Shown: positions 38,588-50,076, counted from the stretch's first letter. The stretch: DNA of 64,000 nucleotides from Sulfurovum sp. (GCA_012329065.1 JAAXPZ010000006.1:12877-76876); one strand, 5' to 3'. The notes: a model not told the origin generated them from the letters alone. Translations and numbers: made by a program.

Positions 38588-39655
38588 ATGAAGATAAAAG
38601 CTGATAAACAAATTATAGAGTCTATATTAATTAATCTACAACCTTTTTTAGAAAAAAAAGATGCTAGTCAAATTACATCACATATCTTTTTTAAAACAGA
38701 AAATAATCGTTGTATTATTAAAGCAACAGATTCTGAAATAGGTTTAGAAATAATTACTGACAATTTCAATATAGAACATGAAGGATCATTTACCGCTAAT
38801 GGTAAAAAGCTTTTAGATATTGTTAGAATACTCAAAGATGAAGAAATAATATTAGAGGTACTTGAAAATACTCTCTTAATTAAACAAAAAAACTCAAAAT
38901 TTAAATTGCCCACCTTTGATGCTAATACTTTTCCAACTTTTCCTGACATAGATGATAAACCTGAAATAAAATTAGATTCTTTTAATTTAATTAAAAACTT
39001 AAAAAAGATTTCTCCAGCTATTGATACTAATAATCCAAAATTTGAACTAAATGGTGCATTAATAAGCATAACAGAGTCAAATACTGATTTGGTAGGTACT
39101 GATACTCGACGACTAGCTATAGCTTCTATCCCTGGAACAGTGGGGAAAGAATTATCTCTCATACTTCCTAAAAAAGCGATTTTAGAAATCCAAAAGCTGT
39201 TTCTAGATGAAATCACTATCTACTATGATGAAACTACGCTAATTGTTTCTAATGAAAATTATTTCTTTTTCACGAGATTGATAAATGGAAAATTTCCAGA
39301 CTATCAAAGAATTATTCCAAGCAGTATTAAACATCAAATCAAATTACCTAAAAGAGAGATGCTTGAAGCAATCAAAATGATTACAACTATATCTGATGAT
39401 ATTAAAATATCTTTTCGAAGTGATACTATACTTTTTAATTCTCTATCTTCTGATAATGTTGAAGCAAAAACTGAAATTGAATTAGATACAGGACTTTCTG
39501 AAGTATTTGAAGTTTCGCTAAATAGTAAATATATTCTTGATTTTCTTTTTCAAGTTGACGGCGATACATTTGAAATTGGTTTTAATGAACCAACACTACC
39601 ATTTTTAGTCAAAGATGATAATTTTATGACTATTATTATGCCAATCGTTGCATAA
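38588..39655 (+). CDS. dnaN: DNA polymerase III beta sliding clamp
   Basis: Position after dnaA, 355 aa, three-domain clamp pattern (..DTRRLA.., ..[10 protein letters not shown]). Confidence 0.95.
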   Translation: MKIKADKQIIESILINLQPFLEKKDASQITSHIFFKTENNRCIIKATDSEIGLEIITDNFNIEHEGSFTANGKKLLDIVRILKDEEIILEVLENTLLIKQKNSKFKLPTFDANTFPTFPDIDDKPEIKLDSFNLIKNLKKISPAIDTNNPKFELNGALISITESNTDLVGTDTRRLAIASIPGTVGKELSLILPKKAILEIQKLFLDEITIYYDETTLIVSNENYFFFTRLINGKFPDYQRIIPSSIKHQIKLPKREMLEAIKMITTISDDIKISFRSDTILFNSLSSDNVEAKTEIELDTGLSEVFEVSLNSKYILDFLFQVDGDTFEIGFNEPTLPFLVKDDNFMTIIMPIVA

Positions 39656-39668
39656 AATAGTGGATAAA

Positions 39669-41312
39669 ATGAATGAAGAAATTAAAACTAAATATATATT
39701 TGTAACAGGTGGAGTACTAAGCTCACTTGGTAAAGGTATCACTGCTGCTAGTATAGGAACACTTTTAAAATCATCAGGACATCGTATAGTGGTATTGAAA
39801 CTTGATCCATATATCAATGTAGATCCAGGGACTATGTCGCCCTTGGAACATGGGGAAGTGTTCGTTACCAAAGACGGTGCTGAGACAGATTTAGATCTAG
39901 GTCATTATGAAAGATTTTTGGATACTTCACTAACACAAAACAATAATTTCACTACAGGTCAAGTATACAAAACAGTAATAGAAAATGAGAGAAAAGGAAA
40001 ATATCTTGGTAAAACAATCCAAGTGGTTCCACATATTGTCAATGAGATAAAAGAACGGATATTTCTTGCAGGAAAGGAAAAAGATATATTAATTGTAGAG
40101 CTTGGGGGTACAACCGGAGATATTGAGGGATTGCCATTTCTTGAAACAATTAGACAGATTAAACATGAGTTAGGCAAAACAAGCGTTATGAATATCCATG
40201 TGACACTTTTGCCGTATATCAAAGCAGCAGGTGAACTTAAAACAAAACCAACTCAACATTCAGTACAAGAACTTCGCCGTATTGGAATAGCTCCACATAT
40301 GCTAGTACTCCGTGCGGAGGTACCAGTGACTAAGGAGATTAAAGACAAAATAGCCTTTTCTTGTGATGTAGATGAGGATTCTGTTATTGTCGCTGAAGAT
40401 GCTTCTACCATCTATCAGGTACCACTTAATTTTCTTAGGCAGGATATTCTTACTCCTATTTGTAAACAATTGGAGTTGGAGAATTGTCAACCAAAAATGG
40501 ATGAGTGGACTGGCTTGGTACATAAAATCATACAGCCATCTGCTGAAATTAAAATCGCTTTTGTAGGTAAGTATTTGGATCTCAAAGAGTCTTATAAGTC
40601 ACTGACAGAAGCCTTTATCCATGCAGGTGCACATACAGATACTAGAGTATCTATCAAGTGGGTTGATAGTGAAAAGATTGAAGAAAATGAGGCAAAAAAA
40701 TATTTAATTGATGTAGATGGTATTTTGGTAGCTGGTGGATTTGGATCTCGTGGAGTTGAAGGTAAAATTAGAGCTATTCAATATGCTAGAGAAAATAAAG
40801 TACCATTTTTAGGGATTTGTCTTGGTATGCAGCTTTCTATGATAGAGTTTGCTAGAAATGTCATAGGGCTTGAAGGTGTAAACTCTGTAGAGTTTGACAA
40901 AAAACCAAAAAATCCTATTATATATCTTATAGACGAGTTTATAGATGCCAGCGGTTCTAAACAGGTTAGAACCACAAAATCTCCATTGGGTGGAACCATG
41001 AGACTGGGTGAGTATGAGTGTGAGACCAAGGAGGGATCAGTACTCAGAGAAGCCTATGGCTCTAAAGTAATTTATGAAAGACACAGACACAGATATGAAG
41101 CAAATCCAGTATACCGTGATGCACTAGAAGCTGCTGGCATGGAGATCACAGGTGAATCTAATGGTCTTATAGAGGCAGTTGAGGTAAAAGATCATCCATG
41201 GTTTTTAGGCGTTCAATTTCATCCAGAGTTTACTTCAAGACTACAGCATGTCAATGAGTGCATATTGGCATTTATAGAAGCCTCTCAAAAGCATGCAAAA
41301 GAGAATGACTAA
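39669..41312 (+). CDS. pyrG: CTP synthase
   Basis: [15 protein letters not shown], and the GATase domain with GICLGMQ and HRHRYE. Start set to ATG at 39669; the tracked ORF begins at 39648. Confidence 0.95.
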   Translation: MNEEIKTKYIFVTGGVLSSLGKGITAASIGTLLKSSGHRIVVLKLDPYINVDPGTMSPLEHGEVFVTKDGAETDLDLGHYERFLDTSLTQNNNFTTGQVYKTVIENERKGKYLGKTIQVVPHIVNEIKERIFLAGKEKDILIVELGGTTGDIEGLPFLETIRQIKHELGKTSVMNIHVTLLPYIKAAGELKTKPTQHSVQELRRIGIAPHMLVLRAEVPVTKEIKDKIAFSCDVDEDSVIVAEDASTIYQVPLNFLRQDILTPICKQLELENCQPKMDEWTGLVHKIIQPSAEIKIAFVGKYLDLKESYKSLTEAFIHAGAHTDTRVSIKWVDSEKIEENEAKKYLIDVDGILVAGGFGSRGVEGKIRAIQYARENKVPFLGICLGMQLSMIEFARNVIGLEGVNSVEFDKKPKNPIIYLIDEFIDASGSKQVRTTKSPLGGTMRLGEYECETKEGSVLREAYGSKVIYERHRHRYEANPVYRDALEAAGMEITGESNGLIEAVEVKDHPWFLGVQFHPEFTSRLQHVNECILAFIEASQKHAKEND

Positions 41313-42888
41313 TTCTTATTCAACACTTAACCCAGAAGTAATTATCCAGATTTTGAGTAAACGCTTTGACGATACTTTTCTTTCACTAAAAGATCTTCCA
41401 TCTCCTTCTAAGTTCAAAGATATGGATATAGCAGTAGAGCGAATAACAGAAGCGATACAAAAAAAAGAGAAGATAATACTGATAGGTGACTATGATGTAG
41501 ATGGTGTGATATCAACCTCTGTTATGAAGCTTTTTTTTGATGATATTGATTACCCTTTGGAGTGGATTATACCAAACCGCTTTAGAGATGGATATGGACT
41601 ATCCACTACGCTGATTCCTAGAGTTGCAGAGTATGATTTGGTCATAACAGTTGATAATGGCATATCAGCAATAGAAGCAGCAAAAGAGTGTAAAAAGCTA
41701 GGCATAGACCTAATCATAACAGATCATCATATAGTACCAGAAGTCAAACCTGAGGCCTATGCGATAGTAAATCAAAAGCAGAAAGAGTGTGATTTTCCTT
41801 ATGATGAGATATGCGGTGCACAAATCGCATGGTATCTCTGTTCTGCACTAAACAAAGCACTTGGCAGTAAACTAGACATGAAATCCTACTTGGCATTGAC
41901 GGCAATAGCCATAATAGCCGATATTATGCCTTTGTTACACATCAACCGTGCTATGGTGCAAGCTGGCATAAAACTACTCGATAAAAACCAATATGCATTT
42001 ATAAAAGCCTACAAGGAACAAAGCAATAAAACATTAATATCATCAGAAGATATTGCCTTTGGTCTTGCACCTATATTAAACTCTGCTGGTAGGCTTGCTG
42101 ATGCTTCATTGGCTGTAGAGTTTGTCTGTAGTTCAAATATATATGATGCCAGAGGTAAATTAGAGAAACTACTTGAATTAAACAATCAAAGAAAGGTACT
42201 AGAGCAGCAAATAACGACTGAGGCTATAGAGAGTGCAGATACAGATCAAAAAGTTATTGTAGTTTCATCTAAGGGCTGGCATGAGGGTGTTGTGGGTATA
42301 GTAGCTGCAAGAGTTGCTAGAGCTTTTGAGAGACCTGCTATAGTCTTGAGTCAAAGCGATAATATTTGCAAAGGAAGCGGAAGAAGTTTCAATGGCTGTA
42401 ATCTATTTGAGTTAGTAGAGACGCAAAGAGATATACTAGATAAATTTGGTGGTCATAGTGCAGCAATTGGTATGAGCATTGCAAACAGGAGATTGGAAGA
42501 GTTTAAACAGAATTTGCAGAAAGAGGCACTTGCTATTTGCACACAAGAGGAGTTTATAGATCCTGATATTTTAGGAGAGCTGGAGTTCGCATCTATAGAT
42601 TTTAGTTTGATTGATATGATATCCCAATTTGAACCTTTTGGAGAGTCTAACCCTAAACCAAAATTTATAACTTCAGGAGTAGAGATATTGGCAGTACAGA
42701 CGATGGGAAAAGATGGTAATCATCTAAGGTTCACATTTGCACACAATGATAATATCTGTCAAGCAGTACAATTCAAAACATATGAAACATATGAAGTAGG
42801 ACAACATGTTGATATCGTATATACGCTAAACAAAAATCATTTCAGAGGAGAAACAACTTTGCAGTTGATGGTGGATAGTGTTTTATAG
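41293..42888 (+). CDS. recJ: Single-stranded-DNA-specific exonuclease RecJ
   Basis: DHH family motifs (GDYDVDG, ITVDNG, ITDHH) and DHHA1 GGH. Overlaps the pyrG end by 20 nt. Confidence 0.9.
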   Translation: MQKRMTNSYSTLNPEVIIQILSKRFDDTFLSLKDLPSPSKFKDMDIAVERITEAIQKKEKIILIGDYDVDGVISTSVMKLFFDDIDYPLEWIIPNRFRDGYGLSTTLIPRVAEYDLVITVDNGISAIEAAKECKKLGIDLIITDHHIVPEVKPEAYAIVNQKQKECDFPYDEICGAQIAWYLCSALNKALGSKLDMKSYLALTAIAIIADIMPLLHINRAMVQAGIKLLDKNQYAFIKAYKEQSNKTLISSEDIAFGLAPILNSAGRLADASLAVEFVCSSNIYDARGKLEKLLELNNQRKVLEQQITTEAIESADTDQKVIVVSSKGWHEGVVGIVAARVARAFERPAIVLSQSDNICKGSGRSFNGCNLFELVETQRDILDKFGGHSAAIGMSIANRRLEEFKQNLQKEALAICTQEEFIDPDILGELEFASIDFSLIDMISQFEPFGESNPKPKFITSGVEILAVQTMGKDGNHLRFTFAHNDNICQAVQFKTYETYEVGQHVDIVYTLNKNHFRGETTLQLMVDSVL

Positions 42889-42959
42889 ATTTATATTTTA
42901 TTAGGTTTCATTAAGATTTATCTATTAAGATTTGGTATAAACTATAAAAAAGAGTAGAA

Positions 42960-43613
42960 ATGGTTCAAATCTTAATGATAGAAGATGATATAGAATTTGC
43001 TACACTTTTGACAAATTACCTGAATGGATATAACATAAATGTTACTAACTATGCAGATCCTTATCTAGGGCTTAGTGCGGGTATAGAAAAATATGATTTG
43101 CTCATCTTGGATCTTACACTACCAGGAATAGATGGACTAGATGTGTGTCAAGAGGTTTGTGAAAAATACGATATTCCTATTATTATCTCTTCAGCTAGAT
43201 CAGACTTGAGTGACAAGGTGCTTGGCCTAAAGCTTGGAGCTGATGACTATCTACCAAAACCTTATGAGCCACAAGAGCTATATGCCCGTATCCAGTCTCT
43301 TTTGCGACGATACAATAAATTAAATACAGAGCCTAAGAATTCTATTGATAAATTAGAAATAGATAAATCAAGGCAGGTTATTTTATGGCAAAAAGAGGAT
43401 ATGAATCTAACTCCTGCTGAATATGAAGTGCTTCAGCTTTTGATTAAGAATAGAGGCAATACAATATCAAAAGAGCAGATATTATATGATTCAGATATCT
43501 TTCAAGAAAGCAATGATAATTCACTTTTCGTAATCATGAGCAGATTGAGAAAAAAATTAGACTCTAGTATTACTATTAAGAGTGTACGAGGCATTGGATA
43601 CAGGCTTTCATGA
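42960..43613 (+). CDS. OmpR-family response regulator
   Basis: Receiver domain (DL.LPG.DG, KP) and winged-helix output (LTP.E...L, GYR). Confidence 0.9.
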   Translation: MVQILMIEDDIEFATLLTNYLNGYNINVTNYADPYLGLSAGIEKYDLLILDLTLPGIDGLDVCQEVCEKYDIPIIISSARSDLSDKVLGLKLGADDYLPKPYEPQELYARIQSLLRRYNKLNTEPKNSIDKLEIDKSRQVILWQKEDMNLTPAEYEVLQLLIKNRGNTISKEQILYDSDIFQESNDNSLFVIMSRLRKKLDSSITIKSVRGIGYRLS

Positions 43614-44839
43614 AACTATATAGAAAAATACAGATTATATTTCTCATAGCTTCTTTTTTTATAGTGGCATTCTTTATTGCTTATTTTTATGTACAAAAAA
43701 AAGATGATATTACAAAGAAGCAGGAAAGATACTACCAGATAGGCTTTTTAATAGACAATACGCATAAGGTATCAGACTTGAATATGAGCAACCCAACAAT
43801 GCAAAAGATATTAAGTGAAAGTAGGTTTGTTAATATAGAACAAAAAGAAAAAATCCAAGATATACTCGATAAAGGCATAGTGGAGTATAAAAAAAATATG
43901 CCTTATGCTAGCTTTAAAGTATTGAGAGTCTATGGAGATTTTTATCTGTATATTAAACATAAAAATTATACAGTACTTCTTTATGATACAAAAAAACGAT
44001 ATTTTATTAAAACAACAGTCAGTTTATTTATCACAAGTCTATTATTTTTATTATTTTTATATTTCTGGCTTATGAGGAGCCTTAGTCCCTTTAAAAAACT
44101 TTATAAAAAAATACAAAAAGTCATTGATGGGGACTTGGCAGTATCCCTCAGAAGCAATAAAAAGGATGAGATAGCAGAAGTAGCCAATGCCTTTGATGAC
44201 GCTCTTAGAAAATTAGAAAAATTAATCAAATCAAGGCAATTTTTTCTTCGTACTATTATGCACGAGCTTAAAACCCCTATTGGAAAAGGAAGGTTTTTGA
44301 ATGAATTTTTAGATGATGATACTCTAAGGGATGGTTATGACAGGGTTTTTGATAGACTGCATCTACTTGCAGAAGAGTTTTCAAAAATAGAGAAAATGCT
44401 CTCGGCAAACTACATGCCAAAGATTAGTAAATGTAATCTTTTAGATGTCGTCAACAATGCAGTTGAGTTGATGATACTAGACAAGGAAGAAGAGAAAGAA
44501 TGTATTAGTATCTGCGAAAAAGAAAGTCAAGTAATAGATACGGATTTTGAACTATTATCCTTGGCAATAAAAAATCTGATTGACAATGCTATCAAGTACT
44601 CAATTGACCATAAAGTTGATATCACACTTGCAAAAGATGCTATTTTGATTTCAAGTTATGCCGAAGAGTTACCATATCCTTTGCACTCATATCTAGAGCC
44701 ATTTAATCAGTATAGCAATGGCTTAGGTCTTGGTCTTTATATTGTTGACACTATAGCCTCTTTACTAAATTTGGACTTTGGATATCAGCATAAAAATAAA
44801 AGAAATATATTTTTACTCTCCATGAGGAATGAGGGCTAG
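43610..44839 (+). CDS. Sensor histidine kinase (2 TM, HAMP, HisKA, HATPase)
   Basis: H-box MHELKTP, N-box DNAIKYS, G-box GLGLGLYIV. Overlaps the regulator gene by 4 nt. Confidence 0.85.
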   Translation: MKLYRKIQIIFLIASFFIVAFFIAYFYVQKKDDITKKQERYYQIGFLIDNTHKVSDLNMSNPTMQKILSESRFVNIEQKEKIQDILDKGIVEYKKNMPYASFKVLRVYGDFYLYIKHKNYTVLLYDTKKRYFIKTTVSLFITSLLFLLFLYFWLMRSLSPFKKLYKKIQKVIDGDLAVSLRSNKKDEIAEVANAFDDALRKLEKLIKSRQFFLRTIMHELKTPIGKGRFLNEFLDDDTLRDGYDRVFDRLHLLAEEFSKIEKMLSANYMPKISKCNLLDVVNNAVELMILDKEEEKECISICEKESQVIDTDFELLSLAIKNLIDNAIKYSIDHKVDITLAKDAILISSYAEELPYPLHSYLEPFNQYSNGLGLGLYIVDTIASLLNLDFGYQHKNKRNIFLLSMRNEG

Positions 44840-44921
44840 CCTATTAAGTCCCATTAAGAAAAGAGAAACATTCGTTTAGTTGCTTCTTCCATACTTCGTC
44901 TATAAAAAACGAGGAGAAAAA

Positions 44922-44966
44922 ATGAGAACAGATAGTATCAATTTCTTTAGGAAAAAATCATGCTAG
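44922..44966 (+). CDS. Candidate 14-codon upstream ORF (MRTDSINFFRKKSC)
   Basis: GAGGAG SD 5 nt upstream of ATG at 44922. Its stop TAG (44964-44966) overlaps the ABC ATPase start at 44960. Confidence 0.2.
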   Translation: MRTDSINFFRKKSC

Positions 44967-45649
44967 AGACCGTAGCAAATATTCAAAAGGTGTGTAAAAG
45001 CTATTATCTTGGAAAAGTAGAAATAAAAGCACTCAAGCAAGTAAGCCTACAGGTTCCTTCAGGGAGTTTTACTTTTATAGTGGGCAAATCAGGAAGTGGA
45101 AAAAGTACACTGCTTAATCTGCTAGGTGCGATTGACATCCCTACAAGTGGCTATATAGAAATAAATGGCGTCAAGCTATCTGGATTAAATGATAACAGTC
45201 TTTCTGACTTTAGAGGTGAATCAATCGGTCATATCTTTCAAAATTTTAATCTTATTCCAGTTTTAAATCTATATGAGAATATTGAGTATCCCCTATTGTT
45301 GCAAAATATACCTAAAAAGGAGAGAAAATTTACTGTTAATGAGTTTATCGAAGCAACAGGACTTAGTGGATTAGAGAAGCATTTGCCATCTGAGCTTAGT
45401 GGCGGACAAATGCAGCGAGTCGCCATAGCAAGAGCACTAGTAAAAAAACCCTCGATAGTCTTGGCAGATGAGCCTACTGCAAACTTAGATTCTGTAACGG
45501 GTGGAGAGATTATATCTTTAATGCTGGATATGAAAAAACAGTATAGAACAGCCTTCGTCTTCTCTACTCATGACAAAGAGATACTCAAAGAGGCAGATGA
45601 TATATATACTCTTGTAGATGGAACAATGGAGGATAGTTATGACAAATAG
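44960..45649 (+). CDS. ABC transporter ATP-binding protein (LolD/MacB-type)
   Basis: Walker A GKSGSGKST, signature LSGGQMQR, Walker B VLADEPT. Confidence 0.9.
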   Translation: MLETVANIQKVCKSYYLGKVEIKALKQVSLQVPSGSFTFIVGKSGSGKSTLLNLLGAIDIPTSGYIEINGVKLSGLNDNSLSDFRGESIGHIFQNFNLIPVLNLYENIEYPLLLQNIPKKERKFTVNEFIEATGLSGLEKHLPSELSGGQMQRVAIARALVKKPSIVLADEPTANLDSVTGGEIISLMLDMKKQYRTAFVFSTHDKEILKEADDIYTLVDGTMEDSYDK

Positions 45650-47000
45650 TATAAAGATAGCTTTTAGGAATACATTGAGAAACAAAAGGCGTACGCTGCT
45701 TAGTGTATTGGCTATTGCTATAGGAGGTGTTGCCTCCTTGCTACTGGGGGCATTTGTTTCAAGTATTTATTATGGCATACAGACAGGCATTTCCAAAGAT
45801 AGTGGTCATCTGCATATTCATAAAAATGGATTTTTTAAATATGGTATCGCAAAGGTGGGTCAGTACGATATGGCAAATTATCTAGATATCATACAAGAAA
45901 TCAAAAATAGCGACACAAAAGATGAAATCAGCGTTGTCACTCCAACACTCTCTATTGCCGGTATTGTAAGTAATTCATATAGAGGAACATCTCAGACCTT
46001 CATGGGTATTGGACTTGTGGCAGATGATCAAAAGAAGATGCAAGAGTGGGATGGTTTTGGATTGAATCTAAAGATACAGGATATTCCATTTGATGTAATA
46101 AATGATAAAAAAGGTCTGATGGGCAAGGGATTGGCAATAAATTTGGGTATGTGTGAAGAGCTGGGTCTTGACGGATGTTTGAAAAGTGAAAAGAACTCTA
46201 CACAAGAGGTAGATCCAGAAATAAGTAGCTTTGCTATTGATATCTCATCATTGGATAAATCAGTAGTAGACATTATGGTAGCTCCTGCCCAAGGTGCTCC
46301 AAATATCTCCTCGTTAGCTATAGCAAAAGTGTGGCAAAGCAGACAAAAAACAGTAGATGATAGGTTCATAGCTATGCCATTGGAAGTGGCACAGTCCCTA
46401 TTTTATGGTAGTGATTATAAAAAAGTAAATACTGTTACAGTACAGCTAAAAGATGTGCAAAAGACAGGACAAATAAAGCAAAATCTTCAAAAATTATTTG
46501 AAATTAAAGGATGGAACCTAGAAATCATTACTCTCTCTGAGTTTGCACCACAGTTTAAAAAAGTATTAAGCATGTTTGGCTTTATATTCATATTTGTTTC
46601 ATTGATTATCGCCGTTATTGTTCTTTTTACAGTCTCTAACACAATGACCATGAGCGTGATGGAACGGTATAAAGAGATAGGTACACTTAGGTCTATGGGT
46701 CTAAGAAGATGGGGGGTCAAGAAATACTTTATTATAGAAGGAGCCATTATAGGTGTCTTTGGTGCAACATTAGGTGTGACCATAGCATACATAATAGCAA
46801 CTACCATAAATAATTCTGGACTAACTTGGTCTCCTCCTAGTGGCAGTGATGAGCAACTCTTGATATTACAGTTGACTCAAAATCCGATGCTTATAATAAC
46901 TGTATGGGTTTTGTTGGTAACCGCTAGCGTGATATCATCATTTCTGCCTGCAAAAAAGGCATCAAACATGCCTATTATTGATGCACTAAGATACAATTAA
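45639..47000 (+). CDS. ABC transporter permease, FtsX/MacB-type (4 TM with a large periplasmic domain)
   Basis: N-terminal RNKRRT..TM, long extracytoplasmic segment, C-terminal FtsX region (E.GTLRSMG). Start set to ATG at 45639, with GGAGGA 5 nt upstream. Confidence 0.85.
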   Translation: MTNSIKIAFRNTLRNKRRTLLSVLAIAIGGVASLLLGAFVSSIYYGIQTGISKDSGHLHIHKNGFFKYGIAKVGQYDMANYLDIIQEIKNSDTKDEISVVTPTLSIAGIVSNSYRGTSQTFMGIGLVADDQKKMQEWDGFGLNLKIQDIPFDVINDKKGLMGKGLAINLGMCEELGLDGCLKSEKNSTQEVDPEISSFAIDISSLDKSVVDIMVAPAQGAPNISSLAIAKVWQSRQKTVDDRFIAMPLEVAQSLFYGSDYKKVNTVTVQLKDVQKTGQIKQNLQKLFEIKGWNLEIITLSEFAPQFKKVLSMFGFIFIFVSLIIAVIVLFTVSNTMTMSVMERYKEIGTLRSMGLRRWGVKKYFIIEGAIIGVFGATLGVTIAYIIATTINNSGLTWSPPSGSDEQLLILQLTQNPMLIITVWVLLVTASVISSFLPAKKASNMPIIDALRYN

Positions 47001-47024
47001 AAATTTAGATTAAAGGAGAATAAA

Positions 47025-47792
47025 ATGAAAAAAATAATACTGATACTCATGGTTCTTGTAGTCACTATATCGAGCGATGGAGCTATTTCTGCAAAGAACA
47101 TTGTCTCAAAGAGTGACAAAATACGAAACATAGGAAAGTCTTTTTACCAGAAATGCTATATCACATCATATATTAATGCAAAAAAGAGTGAGTCTATGGA
47201 GGTAAGCATCTACTCAAAGATTTCTCAAAGCTCTGGTCAGTACAGAACATTGGTGCGAATCACTAAACCAAAAAAAGACAAGAACAAGATCATTATGAGG
47301 CAAAATAAAAAGCTTTGGCTTTATGATCCAAATTCAAAAGCAAGCATCCAGATATCTCCAAGACAAAGATTGCTTGGGCAGACATCAAATGGTGATGTAA
47401 TGACTAGTAATTTCTCTCTTGATTACAAAGCAAGGCTGATTAAATCTGAAAAAATCAAAGGTGGTGACAAAAAGATGCACAATTGTTATCTGCTTGAGCT
47501 CAAAGCACATAATAGCGATGTGAGTTACCCTTTTATAGAGTATTGGGTAGAAAAAAAGAGTTTTCGTCCAATTAGGGGTAAATTTTATACAGCAGGCAAG
47601 AAGCTACTTAAAGATGTTTATTATAGAAAATATCGCTCAGTTATGGGAGCTACAAGACCCACAGAAGTACTTATTTTTGATGGATTTAGTAGAAACAAAG
47701 CGACAAAAATGAAATTTTCAGGAGCTAGATCCATGAGTATTCCAGACTTTTGGTTCCGTAGGTCATATTTGCCTAAGTTTAGCGGGAAATAA
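47025..47792 (+). CDS. LolA-like outer membrane lipoprotein-sorting family protein
   Basis: Signal peptide and beta-rich sequence. The KLWLYDPNS....ISP pattern fits my recollection of the LolA_like family. Confidence 0.65.
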   Translation: MKKIILILMVLVVTISSDGAISAKNIVSKSDKIRNIGKSFYQKCYITSYINAKKSESMEVSIYSKISQSSGQYRTLVRITKPKKDKNKIIMRQNKKLWLYDPNSKASIQISPRQRLLGQTSNGDVMTSNFSLDYKARLIKSEKIKGGDKKMHNCYLLELKAHNSDVSYPFIEYWVEKKSFRPIRGKFYTAGKKLLKDVYYRKYRSVMGATRPTEVLIFDGFSRNKATKMKFSGARSMSIPDFWFRRSYLPKFSGK

Positions 47793-47793
47793 A

Positions 47794-49077
47794 ATGAGAG
47801 CTATACTTATAATCCTGTTTTTATCCCTAGTGCTGCATAGTGAAAATTTTGACTTTTTTGATAAGGATGAAGATCAGACAAGAGAAAGTACAACAAAAGA
47901 GCAAAATGCAACACATAAAGAAGATGGCAACTCTCCTTTTAAGACAAATATTGAACTTATTCATAAAAGTGATTTAGAAGGAGAGGACGATAGTCAAAAT
48001 ATCACCTTTAATCAAACCTTCTCTGATGCGAGATTACATATCGACTATGATGTTTCTAGCGATTTGGATGACTACAGGGTTAATATAAAAGAGGCATATA
48101 TCAAAAGCAAGCTCTCTTCCAATATCTTTTTTGATATCGGTCGCATAAATATTAGAGAAGGTATCTCTTTGGGATACAATGCTACGGATTATTTCAAAGG
48201 AGGAGGGATAAACTTTGATTCCCTTGCTACAAGTGACAGGCAGGGAAATAGACTGGGTTCATTGTTGGCACAAGGCACTCTATTTTCTGATAATTATACG
48301 CTCAAACTGATATATTCTCCAAAGATTAATACAGATCCTGATGCATTTTGGTCTGATAAGGAACATATAGGATTGGGATTGGATACTACGAACTATACTC
48401 ATCGGTACGGCATTGATCTTGATGTAAAACTCTTTAAAAGTCTAAGCTCTTCATTTGCCTTACACAACAATGAAGAGGGATGGCACTTTGGAAGCAGACT
48501 AAGCTATGCAGAAGAAGGTTGGATACTTTATAGTGAAAACTCTATCAAAAAATCGTACAGCAGTGTCTCTAAAGCAATCTCCGAGCTAGAGTTTTCGGAT
48601 ACACTTAAAGAGAATTTTGATATCGATAAAAAATATATATACCAAGGGAGTCTGGGTGCAAGCTACACAACAGAAAACAATACAGCGATCTCTTTAGAGT
48701 ATATATACAACAGTGGTGGCTTGGATGAGGATGGGTGGAACAGATATTTTGAGCTATCAAGTATAAGTGCGGGACTAGAGAGACAACTATCGGCTGTAAG
48801 AAAATATCATAAGGTCAATGAGGAGATGATGGGAAAGCATACGCTGTTTGGCCGCATTTCGATAAATGATATATTTTTAAATACAGATTTTAGTTTTTTT
48901 AGTTTTGTAGATCTGTCTGATGGTAGCTCTATGTCTCGTGCAACTGTTAAATATGATTATAACGAAGATATCATTTTTGAAGCTAGCATAACAAAAATGT
49001 TTGGCGAAGACCAAAGCGAGTATGGCTCGCTGGATGATGATACGATAGCAACTGCCAAGGTAACATATCATTTTTAG
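47794..49077 (+). CDS. Putative outer-membrane beta-barrel protein
   Basis: Signal peptide, alternating hydrophobic beta-strand pattern, C-terminal aromatic residue (..VTYHF). Confidence 0.5.
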   Translation: MRAILIILFLSLVLHSENFDFFDKDEDQTRESTTKEQNATHKEDGNSPFKTNIELIHKSDLEGEDDSQNITFNQTFSDARLHIDYDVSSDLDDYRVNIKEAYIKSKLSSNIFFDIGRINIREGISLGYNATDYFKGGGINFDSLATSDRQGNRLGSLLAQGTLFSDNYTLKLIYSPKINTDPDAFWSDKEHIGLGLDTTNYTHRYGIDLDVKLFKSLSSSFALHNNEEGWHFGSRLSYAEEGWILYSENSIKKSYSSVSKAISELEFSDTLKENFDIDKKYIYQGSLGASYTTENNTAISLEYIYNSGGLDEDGWNRYFELSSISAGLERQLSAVRKYHKVNEEMMGKHTLFGRISINDIFLNTDFSFFSFVDLSDGSSMSRATVKYDYNEDIIFEASITKMFGEDQSEYGSLDDDTIATAKVTYHF

Positions 49078-49113
49078 AAGTACCTTTGTGGGTAAAATAT
49101 ATGCTTTGTGGAA

Positions 49114-50067
49114 TTAGATAGGTACCACTCTGATTTTATCATAAAGCTTCTCTTTTAGAGCAGTTTCTATGGCAAACTGTGTGCCCATACTTGCCGTACC
49201 ACAGCCAGCACAGGCTCCTAGCCATCGAAAATATATATCGATATCATCTCCGTTGTCTTTGACATCAAGTATTTCCATGTCTCCCCCATCCATGACCAAG
49301 TACTGCCTGATAGAGTCATCAATAACCTTATTGATAGCGACTACTCGCTGTTCCATATTCATTTCCATAAATGGCATATCAAGAGGAGCCAACTTTGACT
49401 CTTTTTCAGCGTCAATCTCATCACGAGTAGCTTTAAGGATATCAACTAGATACTGAGATCTTTCTTCAAATAGGGGACTAGGTTTTACGGAGGCTTTGTC
49501 ATATAGTCCCGCTTTTGTATAGTGAGTAAGTGTTTCTATGTCTTGGATATCATGCAGTTTGATTGTCTCCTTGATGGCAGATATTTTCATGGGACTATCA
49601 TTGGATACTCGTATGTCGTTGGGATCTTTTGCTTCATCAAGATATGTTTGACTCGCTTCTTTGATGGCATCTAATACAAGAGTAATAGCATAGTTTTCCT
49701 CTTCAGGTAGAGCAGGAGTGCTTGGATTGTCGCGGAGGAAATACTCTAGACCTTTATAGCTAATCTCTGCTGCCTTGTCTACGGTTTTGCTACGGCAAAG
49801 CAGGGCTGCCATATCATTGGCAGCGATAGAGGTTACTGATCCAAAATAGGTAAATCTAGCCAATGCGATAGTATCATCACTCTTATCTATCGCCCAATAA
49901 AGTGTAATCTTTTCCCCAGTCTTTTCACTGCCATACTCATATATAAAGAGATCAGCGTCTAGCTCTTTTATCTCTTCGCTTGAGATGTCGCCACAATTCT
50001 TTGGACTAGTTATCAGCATCTCTACTTTGTTGCCATATTCAGCTGTATCTGTTATTTTGCTACTCAT
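49114..50067 (-). CDS. NifU-like three-domain protein lacking the IscU-domain and central-domain Cys ligands (Nfu CxxC retained)
   Basis: Full-length resemblance to Helicobacter-type NifU (ITLYWAID, ARFTYFG, THYTKAG, YLVDIL, C-terminal YFRWLGACAGCG). The expected ligand Cys positions read T, S, A, S.D and D..S. Confidence 0.8.
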   Translation of the reverse strand: MSSKITDTAEYGNKVEMLITSPKNCGDISSEEIKELDADLFIYEYGSEKTGEKITLYWAIDKSDDTIALARFTYFGSVTSIAANDMAALLCRSKTVDKAAEISYKGLEYFLRDNPSTPALPEEENYAITLVLDAIKEASQTYLDEAKDPNDIRVSNDSPMKISAIKETIKLHDIQDIETLTHYTKAGLYDKASVKPSPLFEERSQYLVDILKATRDEIDAEKESKLAPLDMPFMEMNMEQRVVAINKVIDDSIRQYLVMDGGDMEILDVKDNGDDIDIYFRWLGACAGCGTASMGTQFAIETALKEKLYDKIRVVPI

Positions 50068-50076
50068 CTTTTGTCC

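Noticed and set aside
39648-42888. pyrG-recJ following dnaN instead of recF/gyrB, as a possible rearrangement at the origin.
   Set aside because: Gene order downstream of dnaN is variable among Campylobacterota. There are no repeat or junction signatures, so I treat it as normal synteny for the lineage.
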